Shown: positions 21,348 to 32,618, counted from the first letter of the stretch. The stretch: 64,000 nucleotides of DNA from an uncultured Acidobacteriota bacterium (GCA_963712805.1 CAVQJV010000062.1:14157-78156); one strand, 5' to 3'. Numbers and translations: made by a program. Notes: a model not told the origin generated them from the sequence alone.

Positions 21348-22594
21348 AACGCGGTCGTCGGTTGTTGGTGATCGCGGCGGTGTTCGCGGTACTCATCGAG
21401 ACGGTCGGGTTCGCGGGGTGGTGGAGCTGGCGCAGAGTCAGTCGATTGATCGAAGTGAGCCCGGCCGAGGGCGCACTTGCTCTATCGCGGGATCTGTTCC
21501 TTCGCCTTCCGTCTGCGGTTCGTCGTTCGCGGAGAATGCCGACTCGTGATCTTGGCAAAGCTCGTGATGATCTCGTGGTGGCTGCGTTGGGCTCACTGAG
21601 CCGGAGCCAGATCCGCTGGGTGCCCGCCGACTCCGCCGGGTTTGTCAACCGCGCGCGCGCAGAACTCATCGAAGGATCCTTGGATCTGGCGATGGAGGCT
21701 CTTGACAGCGCCATCGTCCGCAACCCGACCTCGCCGGATCTCCACTGGTTGATGGCGCTCACCGAGCGGGCTCGGGGGTCCAACGCCAGTGCCCTCGACC
21801 ATCTTGCGACCTCAGCCGGTTTGGGATCCCGAGACGGTCCCCTGCGAATGGAGTTGACGCCCGAGGAGACGGACTGGGTCAGAATCGAGGGTCTCGAGCG
21901 CCGATTGGAGTACTACCCGCGGGCTCGAAGCGCGGGGGTGATCGCGCTTGCCAGGGAACTCCGAAAACGGGATCAGGCGAAAATCGGCCGCACCTACCTC
22001 GAGGAGGAACCGTGGGACCCGCGCATCGAGCTCGAACTCGCCCGATGGGATCTCGACGATGGTTTCATCGCCGAGGCGGAGATCCGTCTCAACGGTTTGG
22101 CCGATCGAAGCGGTCTTCCGGCGGCACTGCTCGCCGAAACCTGGGCTGTGATGGCCACCGTTCGAGACCGCCAGGGAGACATCGAAGGCGCGGTCGAGGC
22201 GGCCGATATGGCGTTGACCTACGATCCGCGTTCGGCGGCCCCGTACCGGGTTCTCGCGGGATTGGCGGAACGCCGGGGAGATGTCGACGAAGCCCTCGAC
22301 CATCTGCGGCGGGCGTGGGGGATGAATCCCACCGATGTGCCTCTGCTCCTCTCGGTCGCGCGGATCGCCGAAAAGGCGGGTCAGGTCGATGATGCGCGCC
22401 TTGCGCTCGAACGCGCGAGGAACGCCGATCCGAGCAACCCGAATCTCGCCGCTTCGCTCGTCGAGTTCTATCTTCGACAGGGTCGGTTCATGGATGCGAC
22501 CGTCACCCTGTCGGACGCCCTCGATCGTTTCCCCACCGACCCGAGGCTGCTCGGTCTCGCGGATCGGCTCAGGGCGGAGGTGCGACGGCGGTGA
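21344..22594 (+). CDS. Membrane-anchored tetratricopeptide-repeat protein
   Basis: N-terminal TM segment LLVIAAVFAVLIETVGFAGWW; repeated TPR-type helices ending in NP/DP; ATGA overlap with the MurB-like gene. Confidence 0.75.
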   Translation: MKRGRRLLVIAAVFAVLIETVGFAGWWSWRRVSRLIEVSPAEGALALSRDLFLRLPSAVRRSRRMPTRDLGKARDDLVVAALGSLSRSQIRWVPADSAGFVNRARAELIEGSLDLAMEALDSAIVRNPTSPDLHWLMALTERARGSNASALDHLATSAGLGSRDGPLRMELTPEETDWVRIEGLERRLEYYPRARSAGVIALARELRKRDQAKIGRTYLEEEPWDPRIELELARWDLDDGFIAEAEIRLNGLADRSGLPAALLAETWAVMATVRDRQGDIEGAVEAADMALTYDPRSAAPYRVLAGLAERRGDVDEALDHLRRAWGMNPTDVPLLLSVARIAEKAGQVDDARLALERARNADPSNPNLAASLVEFYLRQGRFMDATVTLSDALDRFPTDPRLLGLADRLRAEVRRR

Positions 22595-22596
22595 GG

Positions 22597-23075
22597 CGTG
22601 AATCGTGAGTCGTAGATCGTAAGTCGATTTCGCGAGTCCCGGCGACGGTTGGACCATCGCAGTTTTACCGCAAAGAACGCAAAGAACGCCGAGATCATCG
22701 CAAAGAACATCGCATTTCTGACTCATCGCACCATCGCACCATCGCACGGAGAAACCGCAGATAGCGCAGATGGACGAAGATTCCACCGCACCATCTCATC
22801 AAGTGGATAACGCGAAGGTCCGCAGCAAAAACGGCCTCCCAGCAATAAGCTCGTTCAATCCAGAAAACACACGTCGACATTCCATTGCGATGGCTCTTGA
22901 AAACTGTTCGTTGAGATGGCCTTCGCGATCTTCGCGGTCTTTGCGTTTCAAATGGTTCGCTGAAGTCACACCGAACGATCCACGAAGTTGTGTGGCGCGC
23001 CGGAGCCGAGATCCCACTCTGGTTTGCGGTGGTTCATGGAGACCCTGGTGGGTCTTTATGTCCTTCGTGTTGAAC
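22597..23075. repeat. Intergenic mosaic of short-period (7-, 8- and 9-bp) tandem repeats, partly in inverted orientation
   Basis: (CGTRRRT)x4 at 22597-22626; CGCAAAGAA units at 22669-22707; (CATCGCAC)x3 at 22724-22747; CGCAGATRG units at 22756-22782; inverse CTTYGCGNT x3 at 22921-22947. Confidence 0.75.
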
Positions 23076-23149
23076 AAGATTCACTGAAGGCGCCACCACC
23101 GATTCACGAAGTCGTCGAGCGCTCCCGAACCGAGGACGCGCCTTAGGAC

Positions 23150-23917
23150 TTACGACCCACCCTCGTCGTCCTTAGACCGATCGCCGGGGACTTTGGCGGT
23201 GGCGACGATCTCGGGATCGGTCTTTGCCGCCCATTGCATCTGGCGACAGATACCGCGGACGATCTTGACTTCATTCTCGGTGATGCCCGCCCGTCCGAAG
23301 AGACGACGGAGCTTTCTGATAATACGTTCGGGGTTGTCCGGGTCGGCGAACCCGATATCGGCGAGGGCGACGTCGAGGTGGCCCATGAGACCGTCCACCT
23401 GGGTCCCGGTGGCCGGCAGTGGCGCGCTGCTGTCCGGCGGTTCGAGCTGGAGGGTCAGATAGCTCAAGAGAATGGCGATGGCCTGGGTGAGGTTGAGGAC
23501 CGGGAAGTGCTCAGCGGTGGGGATCCGAATGACCATGTCGGCGCGATCGAGATGGCTGCGACTCAGCCCACGGGTCTCGTTGCCGAAGACGAGCGCCGCG
23601 CCGCCAAAGCCGCGTCGAGCGAGTTGGGTGGCGCCCTCGGACGGCGTCAGGACGGGAAGATCGGTGCGGCCACGCGTGGAAGCCGTTGCCGCCAGGGTCC
23701 GGTAGTCGGCCACCGCCTCGTCAAAACCGTCCCAGGTGCGGATGTCGAGATGATCCCTGGCGCCGCACGACCAGCGGACGACTTCGTCGTTGTCTGCGCT
23801 GATCGATGGTCTCACCAGATCGACTCGTGGCACCGCGAAGTTGGCGGCCACCCGAAACGTGGCGCCGATGTTCCCGGCGAGCGAGGGTTCAACGAGGACG
23901 AGCGAGGCAACCGGCAT
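23150..23917 (-). CDS. trmJ: TrmJ/LasT-type SPOUT RNA methyltransferase
   Basis: LVLVEP...GNIGA..R..ANF, ALVFGNETRGLS, IPT...FPVLNLTQA, LRRLFGR...ENEV...RGI. Confidence 0.8.
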   Translation of the reverse strand: MPVASLVLVEPSLAGNIGATFRVAANFAVPRVDLVRPSISADNDEVVRWSCGARDHLDIRTWDGFDEAVADYRTLAATASTRGRTDLPVLTPSEGATQLARRGFGGAALVFGNETRGLSRSHLDRADMVIRIPTAEHFPVLNLTQAIAILLSYLTLQLEPPDSSAPLPATGTQVDGLMGHLDVALADIGFADPDNPERIIRKLRRLFGRAGITENEVKIVRGICRQMQWAAKTDPEIVATAKVPGDRSKDDEGGS

Positions 23918-23981
23918 GACGCCGGACATCATAGCCTGGATGATCATCGCCTTCAGGGAAGCGTAAGTCGTAAGCCGCGAC

Positions 23982-24546
23982 TCACGATTCTCCGAAGACC
24001 TCGGCGGAAAAGGCCGAGATCTCGGCGTTGTCGCTCCTCCAACAGCCCGAATTCATCCCCGCTTTGCGGCAGGTCTGATCGAGAAACTCCTCCGGCGACC
24101 AGCCGTAGCGTTCCGCCACCTGGGGCAGGAGCAGGCCGCGGTGGATTCCCCGCTCGATCACGAGTCCGTCTCTGCCGATGACGATCTCACCCGGACTGCG
24201 AAACCCGCCACAGCGGGATGAGAGCCGAGATCTCGATCTCGATGGATGCGAGATCCTCTTCGGTGATCGGCGAAAACCGGGGATCGCGAAAGGCGGCGTT
24301 GATCGCATTTGAGCGAACCGAGAGCCACAGTGGTTCGGTGCCGACGACGTGGCCGATACACCCGCGAAGGGCTCCGTCGCGGGTGAGGGTGACGAATGCG
24401 CCGCGGATTTCGCTGAGCGGGCCCGGCAACGGTGGTTCGTCGGGGAGGTGGTCGCATCGCAGGTGCGCTTTGATGGCGGATCGGGCGAGACCGAGGAGCC
24501 ATTGTCGTTCGTTGCCATCGAGCAGCACGGTTTCGTTCAAAGCCAT
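23982..24546 (-). CDS. AMMECR1-domain protein (AmmeMemoRadiSam protein A family); one frameshift
   Basis: GAFVTL...LRGCIG, AAFRDPRFSP, IEISAL, GRDGLVI...RGLLLPQVA, FLDQTCRKAG, FSAEVF. Confidence 0.88.
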
Positions 24547-24568
24547 GACTCGATGGTATCGTGATTCG

Positions 24569-25836
24569 GTGATTGTCAGGCTTCCATACGGCTCTGATTA
24601 CCTCGCCTTTGATCTTCGGGGACTCAAGGTCCGGCCGCTGCAGCCGTTGGCTCCCCAGGGATCCCGGGATCTCGGGCGGATGCTGTCGCGGGCCGTTGAC
24701 TATCCTGTCGATGGTGAAGGGCTCCGAAATCTCGCTGCGAAGTGCCGGACGGCGGTGATTGTGGTTCCCGATGCGACCCGGAGGGCAAGCCTGCCCGGTG
24801 TTCTCCCGGTGATCCTCAGCCGGTGGCTCGCGGCCGGTATCAGGGCCGATTGCATCACAGTTCTCGTCGCCTGCGGCACCCATCCGCCGGCGCCTCGAGG
24901 CGAGGTCGCGACCCTCCTCGGTGAGCTCCCTCTCGGGGTCAGAATCCGACAGCATTCGAGCCGCGACATCGCCGCCCTCGTTGAGGTCGGCGAGATTCGT
25001 CCCGGCGTCCCTCTCCGGCTCGACCGCGAGGCGGTGGAAACCGATCTGCTCGTCACCGTCGGGGCGGTTCGCCATCACTATTTCGCCGGATTCGGCGGCG
25101 GACCGAAGATGGTCTTTCCCGGTATCGCGGGTCATGACGAGATTCAGGCAAATCACTCGCTGGTTCTGCATCGACCGACGACCGGCTCGAACGCCACCCC
25201 GGTTGCGAGCCCGGTGTCCTCCTTGGCAATCCGGTGGCGGAGGAGATCGCCGGGGCGGCGGATCTCAGGCCGCCCGATTTCGCCGTCTGTCTGGTTCCGG
25301 GGCGAAATGGCGGGATCGCCTGGGTCGGCGCGGGTTCTTGGCGAGAGGCATTCACGGTGGCGGTGGAGAGGGTTCGCGAGTGGTACGAACTCCCAGCCGG
25401 GCGCTTTCAACACATCGTGGCATGTGGTGGCGGCCGGCCAGGCGACTCGACCCTGATCCAGGCCCACAAAGGACTCGACGCCGCGTGCCGATTCGCTGTA
25501 CCCGGCGCCGAGGTGGTCTTCGCCGCCGAGCTCGAATCGGGGCCCGGATCTCCGGCGATGGAGCCGTTTCTCGCCGATCCGCGTCCGTCATCGATTCTCG
25601 ATCGTCTCGATGAACGTTATGTCCAGTACGGACACACCCTGCTGCGCATTCTCGAGAAGACGGAACAACATCGTGTCTTTCTGAAGTCATCCTTGGATCG
25701 AGAGACGGCGATCCGGCTCGGTTTCATCCCCGTCGACGATCTCGACGAGGTCGCCGATCGCTGGCGCGAGGAGGGCGTTCACGATCGGGTCGCCGTCATG
25801 GCCGAGGCCCACGTCTGGCCGCGGTCGGCTCGCTGA
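24569..25836 (+). CDS. LarA-family nickel-pincer-dependent racemase/epimerase (frameshift near 25180)
   Basis: M.VRLPYG start, VVPDATR, VACGTHP, HYFAGFGGGPKMVFPG, ANH, TLIQAHKGL. Confidence 0.8.
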
Positions 25837-25914
25837 GCCGATCGGATTGATTCTCGTCAAGGACGTGTTGGCGGAAAGGAGCGATACTGAGCGCGGATCG
25901 CGAAGGAGGCCGGT

Positions 25915-26703
25915 ATGGCAGTTCGACAGATTATCGAGATCGACGAGGATCTCTGCGACGGTTGCGGAGATTGTGTCTCCGCCTGCGCGGAGGGGGCCAT
26001 CCAGCTCATCGACGGCAAGGCGAAGCTCGTCAGTGACAACTACTGCGACGGGCTCGGTGCCTGCATCGGTGACTGCCATGTCGGCGCCATCAAGATCATC
26101 GAACGCGATGCGGACGGTTTTGACGAAGCGGCCGTTGCGGTTCATCTCACCAAGATCGGCAGGGGCCACGAACCGATTCCGGTCCTGCGTCCTTTGAATG
26201 TCGTGAATCCGATCATGACCGGAGGGGGAGGGGGTTGCCCGGGGTCGCGGGCGCAGACGCTCCAACCGCCCCCGGTCGCGACGTCGGGCGAGATTCCCGC
26301 CGCTGCCTCGCAGCTCGCCACTGGCCGATTCAGCTTCACCTCGTGCCGCCGACCGCGCCGTTCTTCCAGGGCGCCGATGTTCTGTTGGCGGCGGACTGCG
26401 TGCCGTTTGCGGTGGGGGACTTCCACCAGCGGTATCTGGCCGGATCATCGCTCGCCATCGCCTGTCCCAAGCTCGATCACAACCAGGAGATCTACCTGGA
26501 GAAGCTCGTCGCAATGATCGATACCGCGGAGATCGCCTCGATCCACGTCGATGGTCATGGAGGTTCCCTGCTGCAGCGGGCTCGTCCGCCTGGTGGACGA
26601 GGCGCGGAAGCGCGCATCGCGGCAGGTGCCGATCAGTTGCACGGTGATCGGAACCGATGGAGGCGTCCGGCACGAACTCGAGCTCGAACGGACAGCGGTG
26701 TAA
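25915..26703 (+). CDS. 4Fe-4S dicluster protein with a Cys-rich C-terminal domain (frameshifted)
   Basis: [11 protein letters not shown] and [12 protein letters not shown]; then [29 protein letters not shown]. Confidence 0.85.
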
Positions 26704-26869
26704 AGAAACGGAAAATCCACCCGGCGACACGGGTACAATCTGCGATCGGAACGGGGGGATTCCGCTTTCGGGTCCGCTTCTGTCGTGGTGACCGCAGGAT
26801 CGAAGCGACAACGGTCCCGATCTGAAATCACGTCGCGGCGCGACGCGTCCGACGATTTTGGAGGCATTG

Positions 26870-27948
26870 ATGAAGCGAGCTGTTCTGATCCTCGTGCTGC
26901 TGTTGTCGTGGTGGGCATCGTCGCATCAGGTCGAAGCCCAGTCGGGCGGCCCGACCTTTTCGGCGGAGAACCCGAGGATCGATATCGGCGAGATCAAGGC
27001 CGGCAGCGAGGCGGTGGCGACGTTCGTCTTTAACAACAAGGGACCGGTGGATGTGACGATCATCAGGGCCAAACCCTCTTGAGGCTGCACCGTGACCGAG
27101 TTCGACTCGGTCATCCCGGCTGGTCACTCGGGAACGTTGACGGCAAAGATCAAAACCACGACGACTCAGAGTGGTCCGGTATCCAAGAGCATTGCGGTGA
27201 CCACCAACGCCGCCGGCGCCCAGCGGATGACGTTGAGCGTCACCTTCTATCGCAGTTTCCGCGATCACGGTGCTCCCGCGACCGCAGATCTGAACTCAAC
27301 GGCGTCGTCGGCGACGAACCGACGGCAACCCTGATCTTCCACCGTCCGGATGGCGAAGAACTCAAGATCGTCGGTGTCGAGAACACCGAGACGAGCGAAT
27401 CGTGATCACGACCAAACCGGTGACCGAGCCGGTCCAGATCGGACGCGACCAGGCGGTTCCCGGTGACGTTCTGCTGGTGGCCTCGTTGGCGCCGGGAGTG
27501 GCTGATACCACGGCGAGCGGCCAGGTCAGGGTCAACACCAACCACCCGGATTCCGAAGTCTCGATCGCCTATTCGCTTCGAATTCGACCCGTAATCGAGG
27601 CCGACCCGACGGAGATTCGACTGCTTCTCCAGGAGGGGAACACCTCGTCTCGAACGATGCTCGTTCGGGTGCAGCACAATCTCCGAGGGGAGTTCAAGGT
27701 GACCGGGTCCCAGCCTTCGAGTCCGGAGCTCTTCCGGGCGCAAATCGTCGACGGCGACATCAGCAGCAGACCCACACCGTGGCCGTCATGCTCCAGGATG
27801 ACGTTCTTCCGGGTTCCTTGAACAACCGGGTGCTCGAAAGCCTGGTTCTCGACACCGATGACGCCGACCCAGCCGGAGCTCATCATTCCGGTGCTCATCG
27901 AACCGAAAGCGCTTCGCAAGACCGGCCCCGCCGCGGCCGTTGGAGTAA
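26870..27948 (+). CDS. Secreted DUF1573/Ig-like protein, probable selenoprotein (UGA at 27080-27082); later part frameshifted, end approximate
   Basis: Signal peptide, IDIGEI...FVFNNKG...IIRAKPS-UGA-GCT...IPAG.SG.L...KSIAV.TN; the frame stays open across the UGA, which occupies the first Cys of the family SCGCT motif. Confidence 0.75.
27083..27114 (+). promoter_or_regulatory. SECIS-like stem-loop
   Basis: TGACCGAGT-TCG-ACTCGGTCA, a perfect hairpin beginning at the 11th nt after the in-frame UGA. Confidence 0.65.
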
Positions 27949-27974
27949 CCGGCGACGTCCCGGAGACAACGCGC

Positions 27975-29577
27975 TCAACCGCGAGTCGGGGATTTCCCCG
28001 AGGGTGCGGATGAGATGAACCGCCAGGGCGGGTCGCCTTCGACGGATTCCAGTGGCTCGCCTGACCGCGGTGTGCTTGTGGTCGCTGAGAAGCCGGCCGA
28101 GACTGCGGTGATCGGCGAGTTCTTCGATGAGATCGAAGGTCTGCGCATCGCCGCGGCTCAGGATGGCCTGCCAGAGCGCCTCCCGGTAGGACGGCCGGTC
28201 GAATTTGAGGTTGTCGATGGGTTTGAGTTCCTTTTCGATCAGCGCCATCCGTCTCCGGTACTCGGGTTGCGAAAGCACCGGTTCCTTGGAGTACGGCGTA
28301 TAGGGTTTGGGAACAAGCACGCTGCAGCCTGCGTGGAGAGTTCCCATCCGTCCCCGATCGCGGCCGTGGCCGAGCATGATCGTGCGGGTTTCACGGAGGA
28401 GGTTCGCCGATCGCCGCGAGGTCGTCGTCGGTCTCACCGGGCAGACCGACGATGAAGTACATCTTCAGGCTTGCTGATGCCGCAGGCCTGGGCGGTCTCG
28501 ACCGCCTCGAGGATGCGGTCGTTCGGGATCGGTTTGTTGAGCCTTCGCGCGGAGTTCGTCCGAACCGGTTTCCGGGGCGATGGTCACCGATCGAGCGCCC
28601 GAGGCGGCGAGGGGCGCGAGCACCTCGGGAACCATCGCCGGGATTCGAAGCGACGACAGAGCGACGTTGAATCCGAGTTCGCGGCTCTCGTGGAGGATCT
28701 CGGGGCAGTTCGGGGTGGTCGCCGACCGCGGTCGCGACGAATCCGACCCGATCGGTGATTTCTGCGGAGATCCTCGAACCCGGTCGAGGATGGCCTCGGC
28801 CGGGTAGCAGCGGAGCTTGCCGTAGTTATAGCTCACCCAACAGTACCGACACTTCTCCGGGCAACCCCGGGACATCTCGACGAGGCCGCGGTTGCGATAC
28901 TCGGTGTTCGGGGTGACGACGTATGAACTCGGAACCAGCGCCGGGTCGTTCATCTCGCGATCGCGTTTTTCGATCCGACGAAGACGCCCGAGAGGGTCGT
29001 CCCTCGCCGTCGAGATGGTGGCTCGGGACGAAGTACCCGTCGCGGCTGGCGAGTTCGGCCAGCAGGCGATCACGGTCCGGTTCTTCTCGGGCAAGCTCGA
29101 GCAGTTGCGGCCACAGGAGCTCGGCCGCACCGAGGACGAAGACATCGACGGCGCGGCTCAGGGGCAGTGGGTTGATCGAGGCGACGGCGCCTCCGAGGAC
29201 GACGAGGGGTCGCGGGGTGAACGATCGCGTCGTGCGGCGGGCGATGCCGGCGGCGTCGAGGGTGTGGATCAGGTTGACGGCGTCGAGTTCGAAGGAACAA
29301 CTCCATGCCAGGAGGTCGAGGGACGCGAGGGGAGTGTCATCCTCGAATGGTTCGTCCGGCGCCGTCCGGGGGCGCGAAAAATCGCGGACATCGGCGACAT
29401 CCGGGACGCCGGCCGCGAGCTCCACGACCCACTGAAAGGCGAGCGATGAAAGCGCGACGTGGTAGCGGTTCGGATAACCGACACCGACCCTGAGTCGCCC
29501 CTGTCGGGAGCACGAGTCCGACGGCGCTCATCTCCGAGAAGATCCGTCTGCTGGCTGGGATTGATTCTCCGTCCCAC
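27975..29577 (-). CDS. B12-binding-domain radical SAM protein (frameshifted)
   Basis: SFELD, VLGGAVASINPLPL, EMSRGCPEKCRYC (CxxxCxxC), SSLR, TIAPETGS, VPKPYTP. Confidence 0.85.
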
Positions 29578-29708
29578 CCGGCAAACCGTAACACGGGGAC
29601 GGCGGGATAGGTGTCGAGAAGCTGCGGGTGCTGGATCTTTCTCGTGTCTTCGGCATTCGGGGCTGGACTCTCAGCGGAACTGACGTACAATAACGGTCCC
29701 GGTGCGTC

Positions 29709-30476
29709 ATGGAAGAAAGCCTTCCCGCATGTTCCTGTGTCGAACTCCTGAATCAACCAAACCCCTGGTCGTTGCCATCGATGGTCCCGCCGGCGCCGGC
29801 AAGATCGACGGTCGCACGCCTGCTCGCGAGCCGTCTCGAGATTCCCTACCTCGATACCGGGGCCATGTACCGCGCGGTCGGCACTGCTGGCGATCCGGGC
29901 CGGACTCCAGATCCGCTTGACGAAGCCGAGCAGATGCAGGTTGCCGCTCTGGCGAGCGATCACGTCATCGAACTCGAAGACAAGGACGGGTCGGTCCGGG
30001 TCATGGTCGACGGTCAGGACGTCAGCGAGGCGATCCGAACCCCGGAGTGCGCGCTCATGGCATCCGCCGTGTCGGCGGTGTCGGGTGTCCGACGCGCGCT
30101 CGTACCGATGCAGCGTCGATCGGACTGGAAGACGGCTGTGTGATGGAGGGTCGCGACATCGCCAGCGTGGTTTTTCCCGGATGCAACCCTGAAGGTCTAT
30201 CTCACGGCCAGCTCCGGACGAGCGGGCCGTGCGCCGTCATCTCGATCTTCAAGACAAGGGAATCGAGACGTCGGTGGATGAGGTCAAGCAGCAGCAGCAC
30301 CATCGCGATCTGCAGGACACGTCGCGGTGCGGACTCGCCCCTCCACGTCGCCCGGGGGTCGGTGGTGGTCGACACCACCGGAGCTGACCCTCGACGAGGT
30401 CGTGGAGCGGTTGCTTCGCGAGCTTGCAAGCGATCGTCCGATTACTGCCTTGACACAAACGGTGAAAACACCATAA
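29709..30476 (+). CDS. cmk: Cytidylate kinase (frameshifted)
   Basis: VVAIDGPAGAGK, YLDTGAMYRAV, VMEGRDI, DSPL; directly upstream of rpsA. Confidence 0.9.
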
Positions 30477-30543
30477 GGTCTCGAAACCACGGAGAGTTGG
30501 GACGCAGGAGGTCTGCGCCCATCGAGGAGGAGTCGTCTTGAAC

Positions 30544-32618
30544 ATGGACCCTGAACTGAACGGTGAGATGGACAACGGTAGCGGGAATGGATCAGCTCTC
30601 GATGGAAGAGTTGATGGAGACCTCGCTCCAGACCTCTGCGGGAAGGCGAGGTCGTTCAAGGGAACCGTCGTCGCGGTGAACGCGGACGAGGTTCTTGTCG
30701 ACATCGGTTACAAGTGCGAAGGCATCGTTCCCATCGGCGAGATGACGGATCCGGAAACCGGGGAGGTGCATGGTCGCCGTCAACGACATCGTCGATGTTT
30801 TCGTCGAGCGGCTCGACGAATCGGAGGGACGGGTGCGTCTGTCGCGCGACCGCGCCTCGAAGCTCAAGATCTGGAGCGTCGTCGAAGAGGCCTACAAGGA
30901 ACGGGGCCTCGGTCAACGGGTCGAGTCCTCGAGAGGGTCAAGGGCGGCCTCGCGGTGGACATCGGCATCCGGGCATTCCTCCCCGGTTCGTTGGTCGATC
31001 TGCGGCCCAATCGGCGGCTCGAAGACTATGTCGACCAGGAGATCGAGGCCAGGGTGATTTCCTTCGACCGTCGGCGGTCCAATGTCGTGCTGTCGAGAAA
31101 GGCGGTTCTGGAAGAGAGAGGTGGGCAAGGTCAAGGACGAGACCATGGCCGTCCTCGAGGAGGGCAAGCTCGTCACCGGGGTGGCCAAGAACATCACCGA
31201 CTACGGCGTGTTTGTCGATCTCGGCGGGCTCGACGGTCTGCTTCACATCACCGACATTTCCTGGGGCCGAGTCGGTCACCCGAGCGAGTACTTCAAGGTC
31301 GGCGACGAGGTCGACGTCGTGGTTCTACGCTTCGATCGCGAGCGTGAGCGGGTTTCGTTGGGATACAAGCAGCGTTTCGAGGATCCCTGGATTCTCGTTC
31401 CCGAGAAGTACCCGGTCGGCAAGCGGGTTCACGGCGAGGTCGTGAGCATCGTCGACTACGGTGCCTTCGTCGCTCTCGAAGAGGGCGTCGAAGGCCTGGT
31501 CCACGTCAGCGAGATGTCGTGGACCAAAAAGGTCAAGAACCCGCGGTCCATTCTCGACATCGGACGAGGAGATCGAGGTCGTGGTCTCCGAGGTCGACGC
31601 CGACAAGCGGCGTCTTTCGCTGTCCCTGCGAGCCATCGAGCCCAACCCCTGGGAGCAGGTGGCCGACACCCACCACGTGGGCAGCCGGATCAAGGGCGTG
31701 GTGCGCAACCTGACCGATTTCGGCGCCTTCGTCGAGATCGTTCCCGGTGTCGATGGTCTGGTCCACATCTCGGACATGTCGTGGACCCGCCGCATCAATC
31801 ACCCTTCAGAGGTGGTTCAGAAGGGCGAAGAGGTCGAGGCGGTCATCACCTCGGTCGATGTCGTGAACCAGCGGATTTCGCTGTCGATGAAGGAACTGCT
31901 GCCCAACGAGTGGGAGGAGTACGCCAACTCCCACGGCGTCGGCGACCTGGTCGCCGGTGTGGTCACCAACATCACCGATTTCGGCGTCTTCGTCGAACTC
32001 GCCCCGGGTGTCGAGGGTCTGTGCCACATCTCGGAGATCGATCGCGATGGTGGTCTGACGCTGGCCGAGACATTCATCCCGACGCAGAATGTGACCTGCC
32101 GCATTCTCCGGATCGACTGGAACGAGAACCGGATCGGGCTCTCCATGCACAGCGTCGATCAAGATGACGATGGTGAAACGATGGCCTCGGTGGACGCCCC
32201 GGTGATCGAGACCGCAATGGGAGCAGCGTTGAAGGCTGCCGTCGGCATCGTCGATGACAAACTTCCGCCTGAGATCGAGGCAATGACTGACGGCGTTGAA
32301 GTCGAAACCGTGGAAGCGGTCGTCGAAGCCGCCGAAGAAACGGTCGAGGAAGCGGTCGTCGAAGCCGCCGAAGAAGCGGTCGAGGAAGCGGTCGTCGAAG
32401 CCGCCGAAGAAGCGGTCGAGGAAGCGGTCGTCGAAGCCGCCGAAGAAGCGGTCGAGGAGGCGGTCGTCGAAGCCACCGAAGAAGCGGTCGAGGAAGCCGA
32501 AGTCGTGGAAGCGGTCGTCGAAGACGCCGAAGAAGCGGTCAAGGAAGCGGTCGTCGAAGCCGAAGCGGTCGACTCAGAAGATGAGGAAGAAAACAAGGAG
32601 CCTGGCGAGAGCAGCTGA
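30544..32618 (+). CDS. rpsA: 30S ribosomal protein S1 with an acidic repetitive C-terminal tail (frameshifted)
   Basis: VLVDIGYKCEG, AFLPGSLVD, NITDYGVFVDLGGLDGLLHITDISWGR, YGAFV...EGLVHVSEMSW, NLTDFGAFVE. Confidence 0.95.
32313..32570 (+). repeat. 36-bp coding tandem repeat (EAVVEAAEEAVE), about 5 copies plus 2 degenerate copies
   Basis: GAAGCGGTCGTCGAAGCCGCCGAAGAAGCGGTCGAG repeated in frame within rpsA. Confidence 0.92.

Noticed and set aside
23982-29577. Complete AmmeMemoRadiSam system
   Set aside because: No Memo-like gene is present, and the nearby radical SAM is a B12-binding type rather than the PFL-activase-like partner
32313-32570. 36-bp repeats as a CRISPR array
   Set aside because: Copies are head-to-tail with no unique spacers, lie in frame inside rpsA, and no cas genes are present
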